The notes: a model not told the origin generated them from the letters alone. A stretch of DNA of 64,000 bases from Hyphomicrobiales bacterium (GCA_038230475.1 JBBRNE010000012.1:4413-68412), one strand, 5' to 3'. Counted from the first letter of the stretch, positions 1 to 9,285 are shown. Program-made: numbers and translations.

Positions 1-1
1 C

Positions 2-688
2 GACAAGCCCGAAGACCAATTCATGGCGGCAAGTGGCGTACGCCGTGCACTCGCGTCCTCAAAAGGTTCGGGTCGTTTCTGGTCGGGGTCATCGAGCGTC
101 GATGCGCTTGACGCGAAAGCCGATGCACTCGCGGTGCTGGCTGCCGCAGGCGCGCCGATGCAAGGATTGCAGATCGTCGCTGGCTCCGAAGTAAAAGATT
201 TTCCGGCGTGGCTGCATCCGGGACGCTCGGGAACGATTCAAATCGGTCCGCAAAACATTCTCGGATATTTCGGCGAGTTGCATCCGCGCGCACTGGAAGC
301 GCTCGGTGCCGAAGGCCCGTTGGTCGGGTTTGAAGTGATCCTCGAAAAAATTCCCGACGCCAAGGCCAAGCCGACGCGCGCGAAGTCTCTTCTGGAAATG
401 TCCGCGTTCCAGCCGGTATCACGCGATTTCGCCTTCATCGTGGATCGCAAGATCGCTGCAGGTGACATCGTTCGTGCCGCGCAGGGCGTGGACAAGAAAC
501 TGATTGCGAACGTGACCGTGTTTGACGTCTATGAAGGCAAAGGCATCGACGAGGATAAAAAATCCATCGCAATCGCCGTGACGCTGCAGCCGCGCGAAAA
601 AACCCTGACCGATCAGGAAATCGACGCGGTGGCAGCAAAGATCGTGGCCGACGTCACCAAAAAAACCGGCGGGACACTTCGCGGATAA
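2..688 (+). CDS. pheT: Phenylalanine--tRNA ligase beta subunit, C-terminal part (5' truncated by window edge)
   Basis: Frame open from the window start. LHPGRSG..GYFGELHP motif and C-terminal anticodon-binding domain (FQPVSRDFAF..VFDVYEG..KSIAIAVTLQPREKTLTD). Confidence 0.96.
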   Translation, partial: DKPEDQFMAASGVRRALASSKGSGRFWSGSSSVDALDAKADALAVLAAAGAPMQGLQIVAGSEVKDFPAWLHPGRSGTIQIGPQNILGYFGELHPRALEALGAEGPLVGFEVILEKIPDAKAKPTRAKSLLEMSAFQPVSRDFAFIVDRKIAAGDIVRAAQGVDKKLIANVTVFDVYEGKGIDEDKKSIAIAVTLQPREKTLTDQEIDAVAAKIVADVTKKTGGTLRG

Positions 689-726
689 AGGCGCAAGCTC
701 CGGTCCGGCAACATTGATGGTAGCGG

Positions 727-1512
727 ATGATGAAATTCAACAACGGCACTTTTACAGCTTCCATCGCCGGCCTTTTCAATAAGGGTCTGCGATTTCCGAC
801 GGTCATCGATATCGGGGCTGCGGACGGTAATTTCTTCGTCGACCATTTCGATGCAGGGTTTTTTCCCAATGCGGTGCCGTTGAATATTGATGCAAATCCA
901 ATCTACGAAGACTCCTTGCGCAATATCAAGGATGTCCTCGGTGGTGAATATCTCATTGCTGCAATAAGCGACGCGCCGGGTGAAATTGAATTTACAAATT
1001 CGGTCCATCCCTATTGGAGCTCGATACGACCGCCTAGCGACCCATATTGGACGCGAATAAATAATCTACATTCCGAAGTAAGGAAGGTCCAAGCTTTCAC
1101 GCTGGATGGAGTCATCGAAGCTAAAAAATTAAACGGCCCCTTTCTTCTAAAGATGGACGTTCAGGGCGCTGAGGAAAATGTGTTGAAGGGCGCGCGCGAG
1201 ACGCTGCGGCAAACGGATGCGGTGATCGTCGAAGCTGATATTGACGATTTTCAAAAGATCAACACAGCTCTAGTCGCCGCCGATTTTTCTCTTTACGATT
1301 TGACGCAGCTAGTCTGGATCGAAGGCGGCGCGTTAGGTTGGTTTTATCCGGTCTACCTGAATAATCGCCATGAAAATCTCAAGGCAAGCGCTTTCTGGGC
1401 AAAGGGTCAGGACGACGCCGTGATCAAGATGCAGGTCGAGCGGCGAAAAGCTCTGCTGGGATCAAACAATCTTAAGTTAAGCAAATTTCGTGCGATGTTT
1501 CCGAAAAAATGA
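727..1512 (+). CDS. FkbM-family SAM-dependent methyltransferase
   Basis: VIDIGAADG SAM motif, TLDGVI and LLKMDVQGAEENVLKGA typical of FkbM. Visibly AT-richer than neighbours. Confidence 0.85.
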   Translation: MMKFNNGTFTASIAGLFNKGLRFPTVIDIGAADGNFFVDHFDAGFFPNAVPLNIDANPIYEDSLRNIKDVLGGEYLIAAISDAPGEIEFTNSVHPYWSSIRPPSDPYWTRINNLHSEVRKVQAFTLDGVIEAKKLNGPFLLKMDVQGAEENVLKGARETLRQTDAVIVEADIDDFQKINTALVAADFSLYDLTQLVWIEGGALGWFYPVYLNNRHENLKASAFWAKGQDDAVIKMQVERRKALLGSNNLKLSKFRAMFPKK

Positions 1513-1614
1513 CGGCTGCGCTGCTGGCGGTACACTTCGCGGATAGTTGAGCGTGCGATAGCTTGCAATCGCGCCGGATAAATCTAGCCTCCGTAAAAAG
1601 ACACGGAGGACACC

Positions 1615-2571
1615 ATGATCGATCGCCGGGATATTCTCAAAGCCGCAGCAGCAAGTGCTGCCGCTGTCGCAACCCACGCGACATTGGCCTTCGCGCAGGA
1701 CGCGCCGAAAAAGCCGCGAACGCGCATTGTGTTTCTCGGCACGAAAGGTGGACCACGCGTCACCTTGGGACGATCCAATCCCGCGAGTGTGATTCTCGTC
1801 AACACCACGCCCTACGTCGTCGATTGCGGCATGGGAGTGAGCCATCAACTGGCGGCGGCGGGCGTGCCGTTGACGTCGATCAAAGACATTTTCATCACGC
1901 ATCTTCATTCCGACCACGTCCTCGAATACGGCAACCTCGTCTACAACGCGTGGACGTCGGGGCTTCAAACGCCCATCCACTCGTATGGGCCGAAAGGCCT
2001 GATCCGTTACAGCTTCACCTATTGGGAGTTGAACAGGTTCGACATCGAAACGCGCATCGCGGACGAAGGCCGTCCGGATTTGCGCAAGCTTCTGATCGCG
2101 AAGGAAATCGAGGACGACGGCCTCGTGATGCAAGACGACAATTTGAAAGTGACGGCGTTCCGCACCCCGCATCCGCCCATCGTCGATAATTTCGCCTACA
2201 AATTCGAGACGCCCGACGGCATCATCGTTTTTTCAGGCGACACGGCGTTCAATCCGAAGCTCGCGGAATTCGCCAAGGGCGCGGACGTGCTCGTGCACGA
2301 AGTCATGTATGAACCGGCGGTGGATCGCCTCGTCGCAAAGAACACCAACGGCGCGACGCTGAAAAAACATCTGATGGACAGCCACACCACGACCGAAGAT
2401 GTCGGACGTATCGCCGCGATGGCGGGCGTCAAGTTGCTGGTACTGGATCATTTGGTGCCGGGCGACGATCCGCTGGTGACGGACGACAACTGGACAGAGG
2501 GTGTAAAAAAACATTTCAACGGCAAGATCATTCTGGCGAAGGATCTGATGGAGCTGACGCTGCCGGTTTGA
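1615..2571 (+). CDS. Tat-exported MBL-fold metallo-hydrolase (RNase Z/arylsulfatase-like)
   Basis: DRRDILK twin-arginine signal with AFA cleavage site. FLGTKGGP, VVDCG, THLHSDH, FSGDT, VLVHE and LDHLVP metal motifs. GGAGG RBS. Confidence 0.88.
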   Translation: MIDRRDILKAAAASAAAVATHATLAFAQDAPKKPRTRIVFLGTKGGPRVTLGRSNPASVILVNTTPYVVDCGMGVSHQLAAAGVPLTSIKDIFITHLHSDHVLEYGNLVYNAWTSGLQTPIHSYGPKGLIRYSFTYWELNRFDIETRIADEGRPDLRKLLIAKEIEDDGLVMQDDNLKVTAFRTPHPPIVDNFAYKFETPDGIIVFSGDTAFNPKLAEFAKGADVLVHEVMYEPAVDRLVAKNTNGATLKKHLMDSHTTTEDVGRIAAMAGVKLLVLDHLVPGDDPLVTDDNWTEGVKKHFNGKIILAKDLMELTLPV

Positions 2572-2580
2572 TTTTTGAGT

Positions 2581-2629
2581 GGGCATGATCTTGTCCGAAA
2601 ACCGGTTCTCCCTTTTCGGGATCTTGCGC
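2581..2629. repeat. Palindromic repeat family B, copy 1 (GCATGATC..CCGAAAA..TTTTCGG.GATC)
   Basis: gggcatgatcttgtccgaaaaccggttctcccttttcgggatcttgcgc; similar to 7006, 9237 and 27268; between convergent genes. Confidence 0.9.
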
Positions 2630-4095
2630 TAGTTCCGTTGCGGCCAAGCCAAGCCGCCTTGTTGCGCTGGCGGCGCCGATGAAATCTTTTCGCGCGGCCC
2701 GCGACCGCGCTGGGGTCTCGTCGGCGCATCGGACGGCAAAGCTTTCAACACACCCAATTTGCGTAACGCTGCCTCCGCCGCGCGCTCGCCGGATTCCCAC
2801 GCCCCGCCGACGGTGCCGGCTTGAGTCTCGTGCACAGCGTCGCCTGCAAAAAACAAACTGCCGAGCGGCTCCATCAAAACCTTGTGCGCACCCTGGCCTC
2901 CGGGAGAAGCCGCTGCCATCGCACCCAACGCATACGGACCATCGTTCCAGCGTGTCGCTTTGCTTCGTGTGACTTTAGACGCGACGTCCGCGCCGAACAA
3001 TTTTGTCAGCCACTCGACCGCGAACGCCGTCATCTCTGCTTCGCCGCGCGCCGACATCGCCGCGCCGAACGAGCCCGCGACATCGACCTGGCACAGCGAC
3101 GAGCCGCCGAGATTGGCAAGCAGAAATCCCGTTTGCTTATCCGTGCTCTGCTCGATCATGACATCGTCGCGCGCCAGTCCCAGCGGATTGCCGGGCAGTT
3201 CGAGCGCGATGTGATCGTAGCTGCCGAGGCTGAGTTTGGACGCGGCGTCCTGCTGCCGCTTCGGTAAATCCGGCGCGAATTTTATTTTCCCGGACAACAG
3301 AACATTCGTCGAAGCCGTCACGATGACAGTCTTGGCGTTGATCGTGCCTGCGGGCGTCTCGATTTGCGCATCTTTCGCGCCCCACGAAATCCGCGTCACG
3401 GGCGTGGACAGCGCGACCGTCAAACTCGCGCCGAGTTTTGCAATCAACGTGCCGAGACCCTGACGGCACGCGACGGCTCCATCGCGCGGTGCCATCATCA
3501 CCAAGTCCAAAGCGGACAGATCCTGCAAGTCTTTTCCCGTGGCGTAAGCGCCGAGAATAAAATCGGTGGTGCCGGCCCACTCGCGCAAATCTTTCGGAAG
3601 TGCTGCGGCGGCCGACATGTCCGGCTTGCCGCGAACCGCGTCCATGATGCCGCGATTGGCGCGAACTAAAAGCGACAGAAAATCCTCGGTCTCGCCTGCG
3701 CGCGCATTGCGGCGACCGATACGAATGCGCTGGCCGCGCGGCGCGGGATACATTTCCGCGTCAACGCTGCGCGCAAGCTTGGCGACGGGATTGGCGTCGG
3801 AGTTATAAAGCCACCGCGCGCCGCGATCGAATGGCACGTCGAACGTCGAATTGTCGGTAAAACACCGCCCGCCGATTCGGTCGGTCGCCTCCAGAACGAC
3901 CGCCGTTCGGCCCGCCGCAGCGACGCGCCGGGCGGCGGCTATGCCTGCGGCACCCGCGCCGATCACAACGATGTCAGCCTCGCGCGGCAGCGTCGCGGCC
4001 CGCGCCATGCGCGGTAAAATTCCCGGCGCAAGGCCCGTAAGCGCCACCGAGCCTTTCAAGGCGTCCCGCAGGACATCGCGGCGCGTCAATCGCAT
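2629..4095 (-). CDS. Tat-exported FAD-dependent oxidoreductase (flavin amine oxidase family)
   Basis: LTRRDVL Tat motif, VIGAGAAG Rossmann fold, EATDRIGGR, FDRGARW, C-terminal FFAGDA..GTVGGAWESGERAA. Confidence 0.88.
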   Translation of the reverse strand: MRLTRRDVLRDALKGSVALTGLAPGILPRMARAATLPREADIVVIGAGAAGIAAARRVAAAGRTAVVLEATDRIGGRCFTDNSTFDVPFDRGARWLYNSDANPVAKLARSVDAEMYPAPRGQRIRIGRRNARAGETEDFLSLLVRANRGIMDAVRGKPDMSAAAALPKDLREWAGTTDFILGAYATGKDLQDLSALDLVMMAPRDGAVACRQGLGTLIAKLGASLTVALSTPVTRISWGAKDAQIETPAGTINAKTVIVTASTNVLLSGKIKFAPDLPKRQQDAASKLSLGSYDHIALELPGNPLGLARDDVMIEQSTDKQTGFLLANLGGSSLCQVDVAGSFGAAMSARGEAEMTAFAVEWLTKLFGADVASKVTRSKATRWNDGPYALGAMAAASPGGQGAHKVLMEPLGSLFFAGDAVHETQAGTVGGAWESGERAAEAALRKLGVLKALPSDAPTRPQRGRGPREKISSAPPAQQGGLAWPQRN

Positions 4096-4299
4096 GGCAT
4101 GGTTGTCCGATTCTCAACAAAAGCGGGAACGTCACTGAAGTTGCCGCATCAAACCGCCAGCGGCAACCGGCATGGTGAATCTTTGGTGAGCAAGACGCTT
4201 GACGCATGAACTAAATTGAAATTGGTATCGACGACAATAAACCAAGAAAAACGGCCAGAACGAGCCGCGCGCCAAAAGGCGTTCTTGGGGGAGACACTC

Positions 4300-5196
4300 A
4301 TGGGCTTTGTGCTCGATACCGTTGGCAAGGTCATTGCCGGCTACCTTCAGAAAGAGGTGCCGGGCTACGAACCCTTTACGCCAAGCGATCCTGAGCGGCT
4401 GCGCGGGCTGATCGAGCCCGGCGACGTGCTGCTGGTCGAGGGCAACAATCGCATTTCCGGCATCATCAAATATCTGACGCAATCCACGTGGTCTCACGCG
4501 GCACTTTACGTCGGCCCGATCGACGGCGCGTTCGAGCCGGATGGCGAACAGCATGTGCTGATCGAGGCCAATATCGGCGCAGGCGTCGAGACCGCGCCGC
4601 TGTCGCGATACTTCCCGTATCACACCCGTTTGTGCCGCCCGGTCGGGCTATCGTTCGAGGACCGCGAAACCGTTTGCCGCTACGCCATCAACCGCGTCGG
4701 CTTCGGCTACGACACCAAGAACATTCTCGACTTGATGCGTTACCTCATTCCGTTGCCGGTCCCGCAGCGTTTTCGCCGCCGCATGCTCTCGCTCGGCTCG
4801 GGCGACCCGACCAAGATCATCTGCTCGGCCTTGATCGCGCAGGCGTTCGGCGCGGTGCGTTATCCGATCCTGCCGAAAATCACCGAGGCGAAGACCCGGC
4901 GCGCGCGCCGCGAAATTCTGCACATCCGCGACTCGTCGCTCTATATGCCGCGCGACTTCGACATCTCGCCCTATTTTGAAATCATCAAACCGACGATTGC
5001 GCGCGGCTTCGACTACACGGCACTTCATTGGGCAGACACGACCAAACCGTCCCCGGAGGTGACGGACGAAGAAGATCCCTTTCCAGAAGAGATCTTCGCG
5101 CCGGGGATCGTTCCTGAAGCGGCTGACGCGGAAACGGAAGCGGCGATGGTTTGGACTGAAGACGTAAGCCCGCGCCGGTTTGAAAACGCGGCGTGA
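4300..5196 (+). CDS. YiiX/YebB-like permuted papain-like (NlpC/P60) enzyme
   Basis: PGDVLLVEG, STWSHAALY (His) preceding ICSALIAQAF (Cys), the permuted order. GGGGAG RBS before ATG 4300. Confidence 0.8.
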   Translation: MGFVLDTVGKVIAGYLQKEVPGYEPFTPSDPERLRGLIEPGDVLLVEGNNRISGIIKYLTQSTWSHAALYVGPIDGAFEPDGEQHVLIEANIGAGVETAPLSRYFPYHTRLCRPVGLSFEDRETVCRYAINRVGFGYDTKNILDLMRYLIPLPVPQRFRRRMLSLGSGDPTKIICSALIAQAFGAVRYPILPKITEAKTRRARREILHIRDSSLYMPRDFDISPYFEIIKPTIARGFDYTALHWADTTKPSPEVTDEEDPFPEEIFAPGIVPEAADAETEAAMVWTEDVSPRRFENAA

Positions 5197-5200
5197 GTTT

Positions 5201-5277
5201 CGTCATTGCGAGCGAAGTGAAGCAATCCAACACCACGAGAGATAGAATGCTTCGTCGCTCCGCTCCTCGCAATGACG
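5201..5277. repeat. CGTC-tagged palindromic repeat family A, copy 1
   Basis: cgtcattgcgag..gaagcaatcca..atgcttcg..ctcgcaatgacg with 12-bp terminal inverted repeats. Confidence 0.92.
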
Positions 5278-5353
5278 CCAAGTTTGCTGGCCGCTCTTGC
5301 CGAATTCAAAAGGACTATCTAAGTCTCCGTAAGTTCTGACGGAGGATCGTCCC

Positions 5354-6103
5354 ATGCTCGACGCCGCACTGAAGGCGTTATCCCAAATCCTGTCGCCGCC
5401 GATGCGGTCGCTGCTGTGGAAGTCCGTCGGACTTGCACTGGTGCTGATCGTTGCATTGTCGATCGCGCTGCAGCGGGCGTTGGGCTGGCTCGCCAATATG
5501 GGCGAGTTGTGGGCCGAAGGCGTCGCCGGACCGGATTATTCGACATTGCTGAATGTGTTCGCGTGGATCGTGTCCATCGCGGCGGGATTGGGCGTCGTGC
5601 TCGGCGCGATCTTCCTGATGCCCGCGATCACGTCATTGGTTGCCAGCTTCTTCGTCGATGACGTCGCCGACATAGTCGAGCGCAAATATTATCCGGCTGA
5701 ACAGCCGGGGAAGGCGCTGCCGGTCGTGCGCTCCACCGTCGAAGGCGTCAAAACCGCGCTGCTGACGATTCTGGTTTATTTGATCGCGCTGCCGCTGGTG
5801 CTGTTCGCTGGCGCAGGCTTCATCGTGTTTTTCATCGCAACGGCGTGGTTGCTGGGGCGTGAATATTTTGAACTCGCCGCGATGCGCTTTCGCACACCCG
5901 AAGAAGCCAAACTTCTACGTAAACGAAATGGCATGACGGTGTTCACGGCGGGGTTGTTTATTGCAGCGTTCGTGTCGATTCCGATCGTCAACCTCGCGAC
6001 GCCTTTGTTCGGCATGGCGTTCATGGTTCACATGCACAAGCGGCTGTCGGGTCCACGACCTGAGTTGATCGAGCCCGCAAGGAAGGCCAGCCTCCCCGCC
6101 TAG
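5354..6103 (+). CDS. CysZ-like/EI24-domain membrane protein
   Basis: Several hydrophobic helices. LLGREYFELAAMR and IPIVNLATPLFGMAFMVH are typical of this family. Confidence 0.8.
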   Translation: MLDAALKALSQILSPPMRSLLWKSVGLALVLIVALSIALQRALGWLANMGELWAEGVAGPDYSTLLNVFAWIVSIAAGLGVVLGAIFLMPAITSLVASFFVDDVADIVERKYYPAEQPGKALPVVRSTVEGVKTALLTILVYLIALPLVLFAGAGFIVFFIATAWLLGREYFELAAMRFRTPEEAKLLRKRNGMTVFTAGLFIAAFVSIPIVNLATPLFGMAFMVHMHKRLSGPRPELIEPARKASLPA

Positions 6104-6118
6104 ACCCGCAGTTCAAAT

Positions 6119-6196
6119 CGTCATTGCGAGCAGCGAAAGCTCCGAAGCAATCCATCATTGACCTCTCTGGATTGCTTCGCTTTGCTCGCAATGACG
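6119..6196. repeat. Family A repeat, copy 2
   Basis: cgtcattgcgagca..gaagcaatcca..tggattgcttc..tgctcgcaatgacg; between convergent genes. Confidence 0.92.
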
Positions 6197-6201
6197 CAGA
6201 T

Positions 6202-6996
6202 TTATTTATTCCCAATGTAAATCGACCTCTCCGGCCAGCGACACAGATCGCTGATCACGCATTTGCCGCAAAATGGTTTGCGCGCGACGCAGGTATAGCG
6301 TCCATGCAGGATGAGCCAGTGATGCGCGTGGCGCGCGAATTCCGGCGGAACGATTTTCAGAAAACCCAACTCCACTTCGAGCGGATTTTTTCCGGGCGCG
6401 AGACCCGTGCGATTGCCGACGCGAAACAGATGCGTGTCCACCGCAATGGTGGATTCACCGAACGCGATGTTGAGAACGACGTTGGCGGTTTTGCGACCGA
6501 CACCCGGCAGCGCTTCCAGCGCCTCGCGCGTGCGCGGGACTTGTGAATGATGCTCGGCGATCAATCGCTCAGACAGCGTGATGACGTTCTTGGCCTTGCC
6601 CTTGTAAAGCCCGATGGTCTTGATGAGATCGCGCACGCGCTCCTCGCCGAGCGCGACCATTTTCTCCGGCGTATCCGCAACCGGAAACAGATTGCGTGTC
6701 GCTTTGTTCACGCCGGCGTCCGTTGCCTGCGCGGACAGCACGACGGCAACCAGCAGCGTGTAGGGATTGACGTGTTCCAGTTCGCCTTTTGGTTCAGGAT
6801 TCGCATTGCGAAAGCGCGTGAAGGCTTCGGTGACTTCGGCAGGAGTCCAAAGATTTTGGTTTGACGGCTTTTGCTTTGAGGGCTTCAGCTTGAGAGTTCT
6901 TGGCTTGGCAGGTTTGGCCGCCTGCTTCGCCTTCACCGACGTCAATTTCTTCGCCGCGACTTTGGATTTCGATTTGATCGCTTTTTTCGCCATCAT
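6202..6996 (-). CDS. nth: Endonuclease III
   Basis: LLVAVVLSAQATD, HhH motif LPGVGRKTANVVL, AVDTH, and the 4Fe-4S motif C-X6-C-X2-C-X5-C. Lys-rich N-terminal extension. Confidence 0.96.
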   Translation of the reverse strand: MMAKKAIKSKSKVAAKKLTSVKAKQAAKPAKPRTLKLKPSKQKPSNQNLWTPAEVTEAFTRFRNANPEPKGELEHVNPYTLLVAVVLSAQATDAGVNKATRNLFPVADTPEKMVALGEERVRDLIKTIGLYKGKAKNVITLSERLIAEHHSQVPRTREALEALPGVGRKTANVVLNIAFGESTIAVDTHLFRVGNRTGLAPGKNPLEVELGFLKIVPPEFARHAHHWLILHGRYTCVARKPFCGKCVISDLCRWPERSIYIGNK

Positions 6997-7005
6997 TTAT
7001 GTATA

Positions 7006-7052
7006 GGCATGATCCCGAAAAGTGGGAACCGATTTTCGGACAAGATCATGCC
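7006..7052. repeat. Family B repeat, copy 2 (opposite orientation to copy 1)
   Basis: ggcatgatcccgaaaagtgggaaccgattttcggacaagatcatgcc in the 78-bp gap between divergent nth and the DUF2244-type gene. Confidence 0.9.
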
Positions 7053-7074
7053 GGATAGGCTATAGTCACTCGTC

Positions 7075-7593
7075 ATGGACGCACGCAACGACATTGAAGA
7101 CGATGCACAGCCTGTTTTGTTCTCCGCGCTGATTACGCCGCATCGCTCATTGGGTTCGACCGGCTTTCTGGTGCTGATGGGAATTCTCACCGTCGTGAGC
7201 TTCGCGGCGGGGATGGCTTTCCTGCTGATGGGCGCATGGCCGGTGTTGGGCTTTTTCGGTCTCGACGTGCTGCTGGTCTATTGGGCGTTTAAGGTGAATT
7301 ACCGCCGCGCGGCCGCGACCGAAGAAATCACCATCACGCATTCTGAAATTCGCGTGCGCCGTGTCAGCCATCGCGGCCACACGGTGGAATGGACACTCAA
7401 TCCGCTCTGGGTGCAGCTCGATAAAAAAACCCACGAAGAATTCGGCATCGAAAAATTATATCTGGTCGCGCGCGGGCGCAGGCTTTCGATCGGCAGCTTT
7501 CTCGGCGCGGACGAAAAAGCAAGCTTTGCCAAGGCTTTATTGGCGGCGCTCCAGGCTGCAAAACGAGGTCCGACACTCAATCCAATCGTCTGA
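7075..7593 (+). CDS. DUF2244-type integral membrane protein
   Basis: LITPHRSLG..GAWPVLGFFGLDVLLVYWAF..IGSFLGADEK pattern; two TM segments. Confidence 0.8.
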   Translation: MDARNDIEDDAQPVLFSALITPHRSLGSTGFLVLMGILTVVSFAAGMAFLLMGAWPVLGFFGLDVLLVYWAFKVNYRRAAATEEITITHSEIRVRRVSHRGHTVEWTLNPLWVQLDKKTHEEFGIEKLYLVARGRRLSIGSFLGADEKASFAKALLAALQAAKRGPTLNPIV

Positions 7594-7646
7594 TTCACAT
7601 CAGGAATCGGGTGGTTTGCGCGTGGTCTGCGTTCTAAATCCAGACC

Positions 7647-8567
7647 ATGATGGAAACCGCATTGATAAATTCAACCATGAAAAAATCTCCGCTCGCAGGA
7701 CCGCGCCTCGCAAAACCCGCCACGCAGGGCGCAGCGTTGCGCGATTATGAATCCGTACAGCGCACGATCGCCTTCATTACCGAACACTGGCGTGCGCAGC
7801 CGACCATCGAGGCGATGGCGGACGCGGCGCACGTCACGCCCGACGATCTGCATCATCTGTTTAGACGGTGGGCGGGTCTCACGCCAAAAGCCTTCATGCA
7901 GGCGCTGACGCTCGACAATGCCAAACGCCTGTTGCGCGATTCCGCCAGCGTACTCGATGCTGCGTATGACTCTGGATTGTCGGGGCCGGGGCGTTTGCAT
8001 GATCTGTTCGTGACACATGAAGCGATGTCGCCCGGCGAATGGAAAAAGGGCGGCGAAGGCATGATCCTGAAATATGGATTTCATCCCTCGCCGTTCGGCG
8101 TTGCGGTTGTGATCGCCAGCGAACGCGGCCTTGCAGGCTTGGCGTTCGCGGATGAAGGCGAAGAACAACCCGCGCTCGAAGACATGACACGGCGCTGGCC
8201 GCTTGCGACTTACGTCGAGTCCTACGCGGAGACCGCGCCGCTGGCGAAACGTATTTTTGACTCCACGCAATGGCGCGAGGACCAACCGTTGCGCGTCGTT
8301 CTGATCGGGACAGATTTTGAAGTCCGCGTGTGGGAAACGCTTCTGAAAATTCCGATGGGCCGCGCGACGACCTATTCAGACGTCGCGAATAACATTCGTA
8401 AACCGAAAGCCTCGCGTGCGGTCGGCGCAGCCGTCGGCAAAAATCCGATTTCGTTTGTGGTGCCGTGTCACCGCGTGCTCGGAAAATCTGGCGCGCTTAC
8501 CGGCTATCATTGGGGCATCACGCGCAAGCAGGCGATGATCGGCTGGGAGACGGGAAGAACGGCTTGA
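7647..8567 (+). CDS. AraC-HTH / O6-methylguanine-DNA methyltransferase fusion (Ada-like); start could be 7650 or 7677
   Basis: HLFRRWAGLTPK HTH, GLSGPGRLHDLF, and the VVPCHRV active-site Cys. Confidence 0.88.
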   Translation: MMETALINSTMKKSPLAGPRLAKPATQGAALRDYESVQRTIAFITEHWRAQPTIEAMADAAHVTPDDLHHLFRRWAGLTPKAFMQALTLDNAKRLLRDSASVLDAAYDSGLSGPGRLHDLFVTHEAMSPGEWKKGGEGMILKYGFHPSPFGVAVVIASERGLAGLAFADEGEEQPALEDMTRRWPLATYVESYAETAPLAKRIFDSTQWREDQPLRVVLIGTDFEVRVWETLLKIPMGRATTYSDVANNIRKPKASRAVGAAVGKNPISFVVPCHRVLGKSGALTGYHWGITRKQAMIGWETGRTA

Positions 8568-8568
8568 G

Positions 8569-9192
8569 TTAAGCCGCCAGATCCTTCACCGACGCCACCG
8601 TCGAATCCGCATTGAGCCGATAGATGATTGGCGCACCGGTTGCGAGTTCGCGCTTGAGAATTTTTTCCGGCGTGAGCTTTTCCAGGACCATAATCAACGC
8701 ACGCAGCGAATTGCCATGCGCGGCCACAAGCGTGCGCTGACCGCGCAACACGCCGGGCAGAATTTCCTGCACATAATAAGGCAGTGTGCGCGCCAAGGTA
8801 TCCTTGAGCGATTCACCGCCCGGCGGCGGCACATCGTATGAGCGCCGCCAGACCAGAACCTGTTCCTCGCCCCATTTTTTTCGCGCGTCGTCTTTATTAA
8901 GGCCGGACAATTCACCATAGTCGCGCTCGTTCAGCGCGATATTTTTCGTCACCGGAATTTTTGGCTGGCCCATTTCGGTCATCGCCAATTCAAGCGTGCG
9001 CTGCGCGCGTTTGAGCACCGACGTGAACGCGACGTCGAACTGAAGTCCTTCGGCCTTGAGTTTGCCGCCAGCCGCAATCGCTTCCTTGACGCCAAGCTCA
9101 GTGAGGTCAGGGTCTTTCCAACCGGTGAAAAGATTTTTCAGATTCCATTCGCTTTGGCCGTGACGCACGAGCACAAGAAGACGGTCGCTCAT
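8569..9192 (-). CDS. gpmA: 2,3-bisphosphoglycerate-dependent phosphoglycerate mutase
   Basis: [32 protein letters not shown]. Confidence 0.95.
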   Translation of the reverse strand: MSDRLLVLVRHGQSEWNLKNLFTGWKDPDLTELGVKEAIAAGGKLKAEGLQFDVAFTSVLKRAQRTLELAMTEMGQPKIPVTKNIALNERDYGELSGLNKDDARKKWGEEQVLVWRRSYDVPPPGGESLKDTLARTLPYYVQEILPGVLRGQRTLVAAHGNSLRALIMVLEKLTPEKILKRELATGAPIIYRLNADSTVASVKDLAA

Positions 9193-9236
9193 TTCTTTCA
9201 ATCCAGCACTTGTTCTTAGATTTTGATTTTATGTTT

Positions 9237-9285
9237 GCGCATGATCTGATCCGAAAACCGGTTCCCACTTTTCGGGATCACGCGC
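9237..9285. repeat. Family B repeat, copy 3; overlaps the dapB stop codon
   Basis: gcgcatgatctgatccgaaaaccggttcccacttttcgggatcacgcgc; the dapB TGA (9278-9280) lies within the arm. Confidence 0.9.

Noticed and set aside
1563-2189. 208-aa alternative-frame ORF over the MBL hydrolase
   Set aside because: Arg-rich off-frame translation; the motif-bearing frame is 1615-2571.
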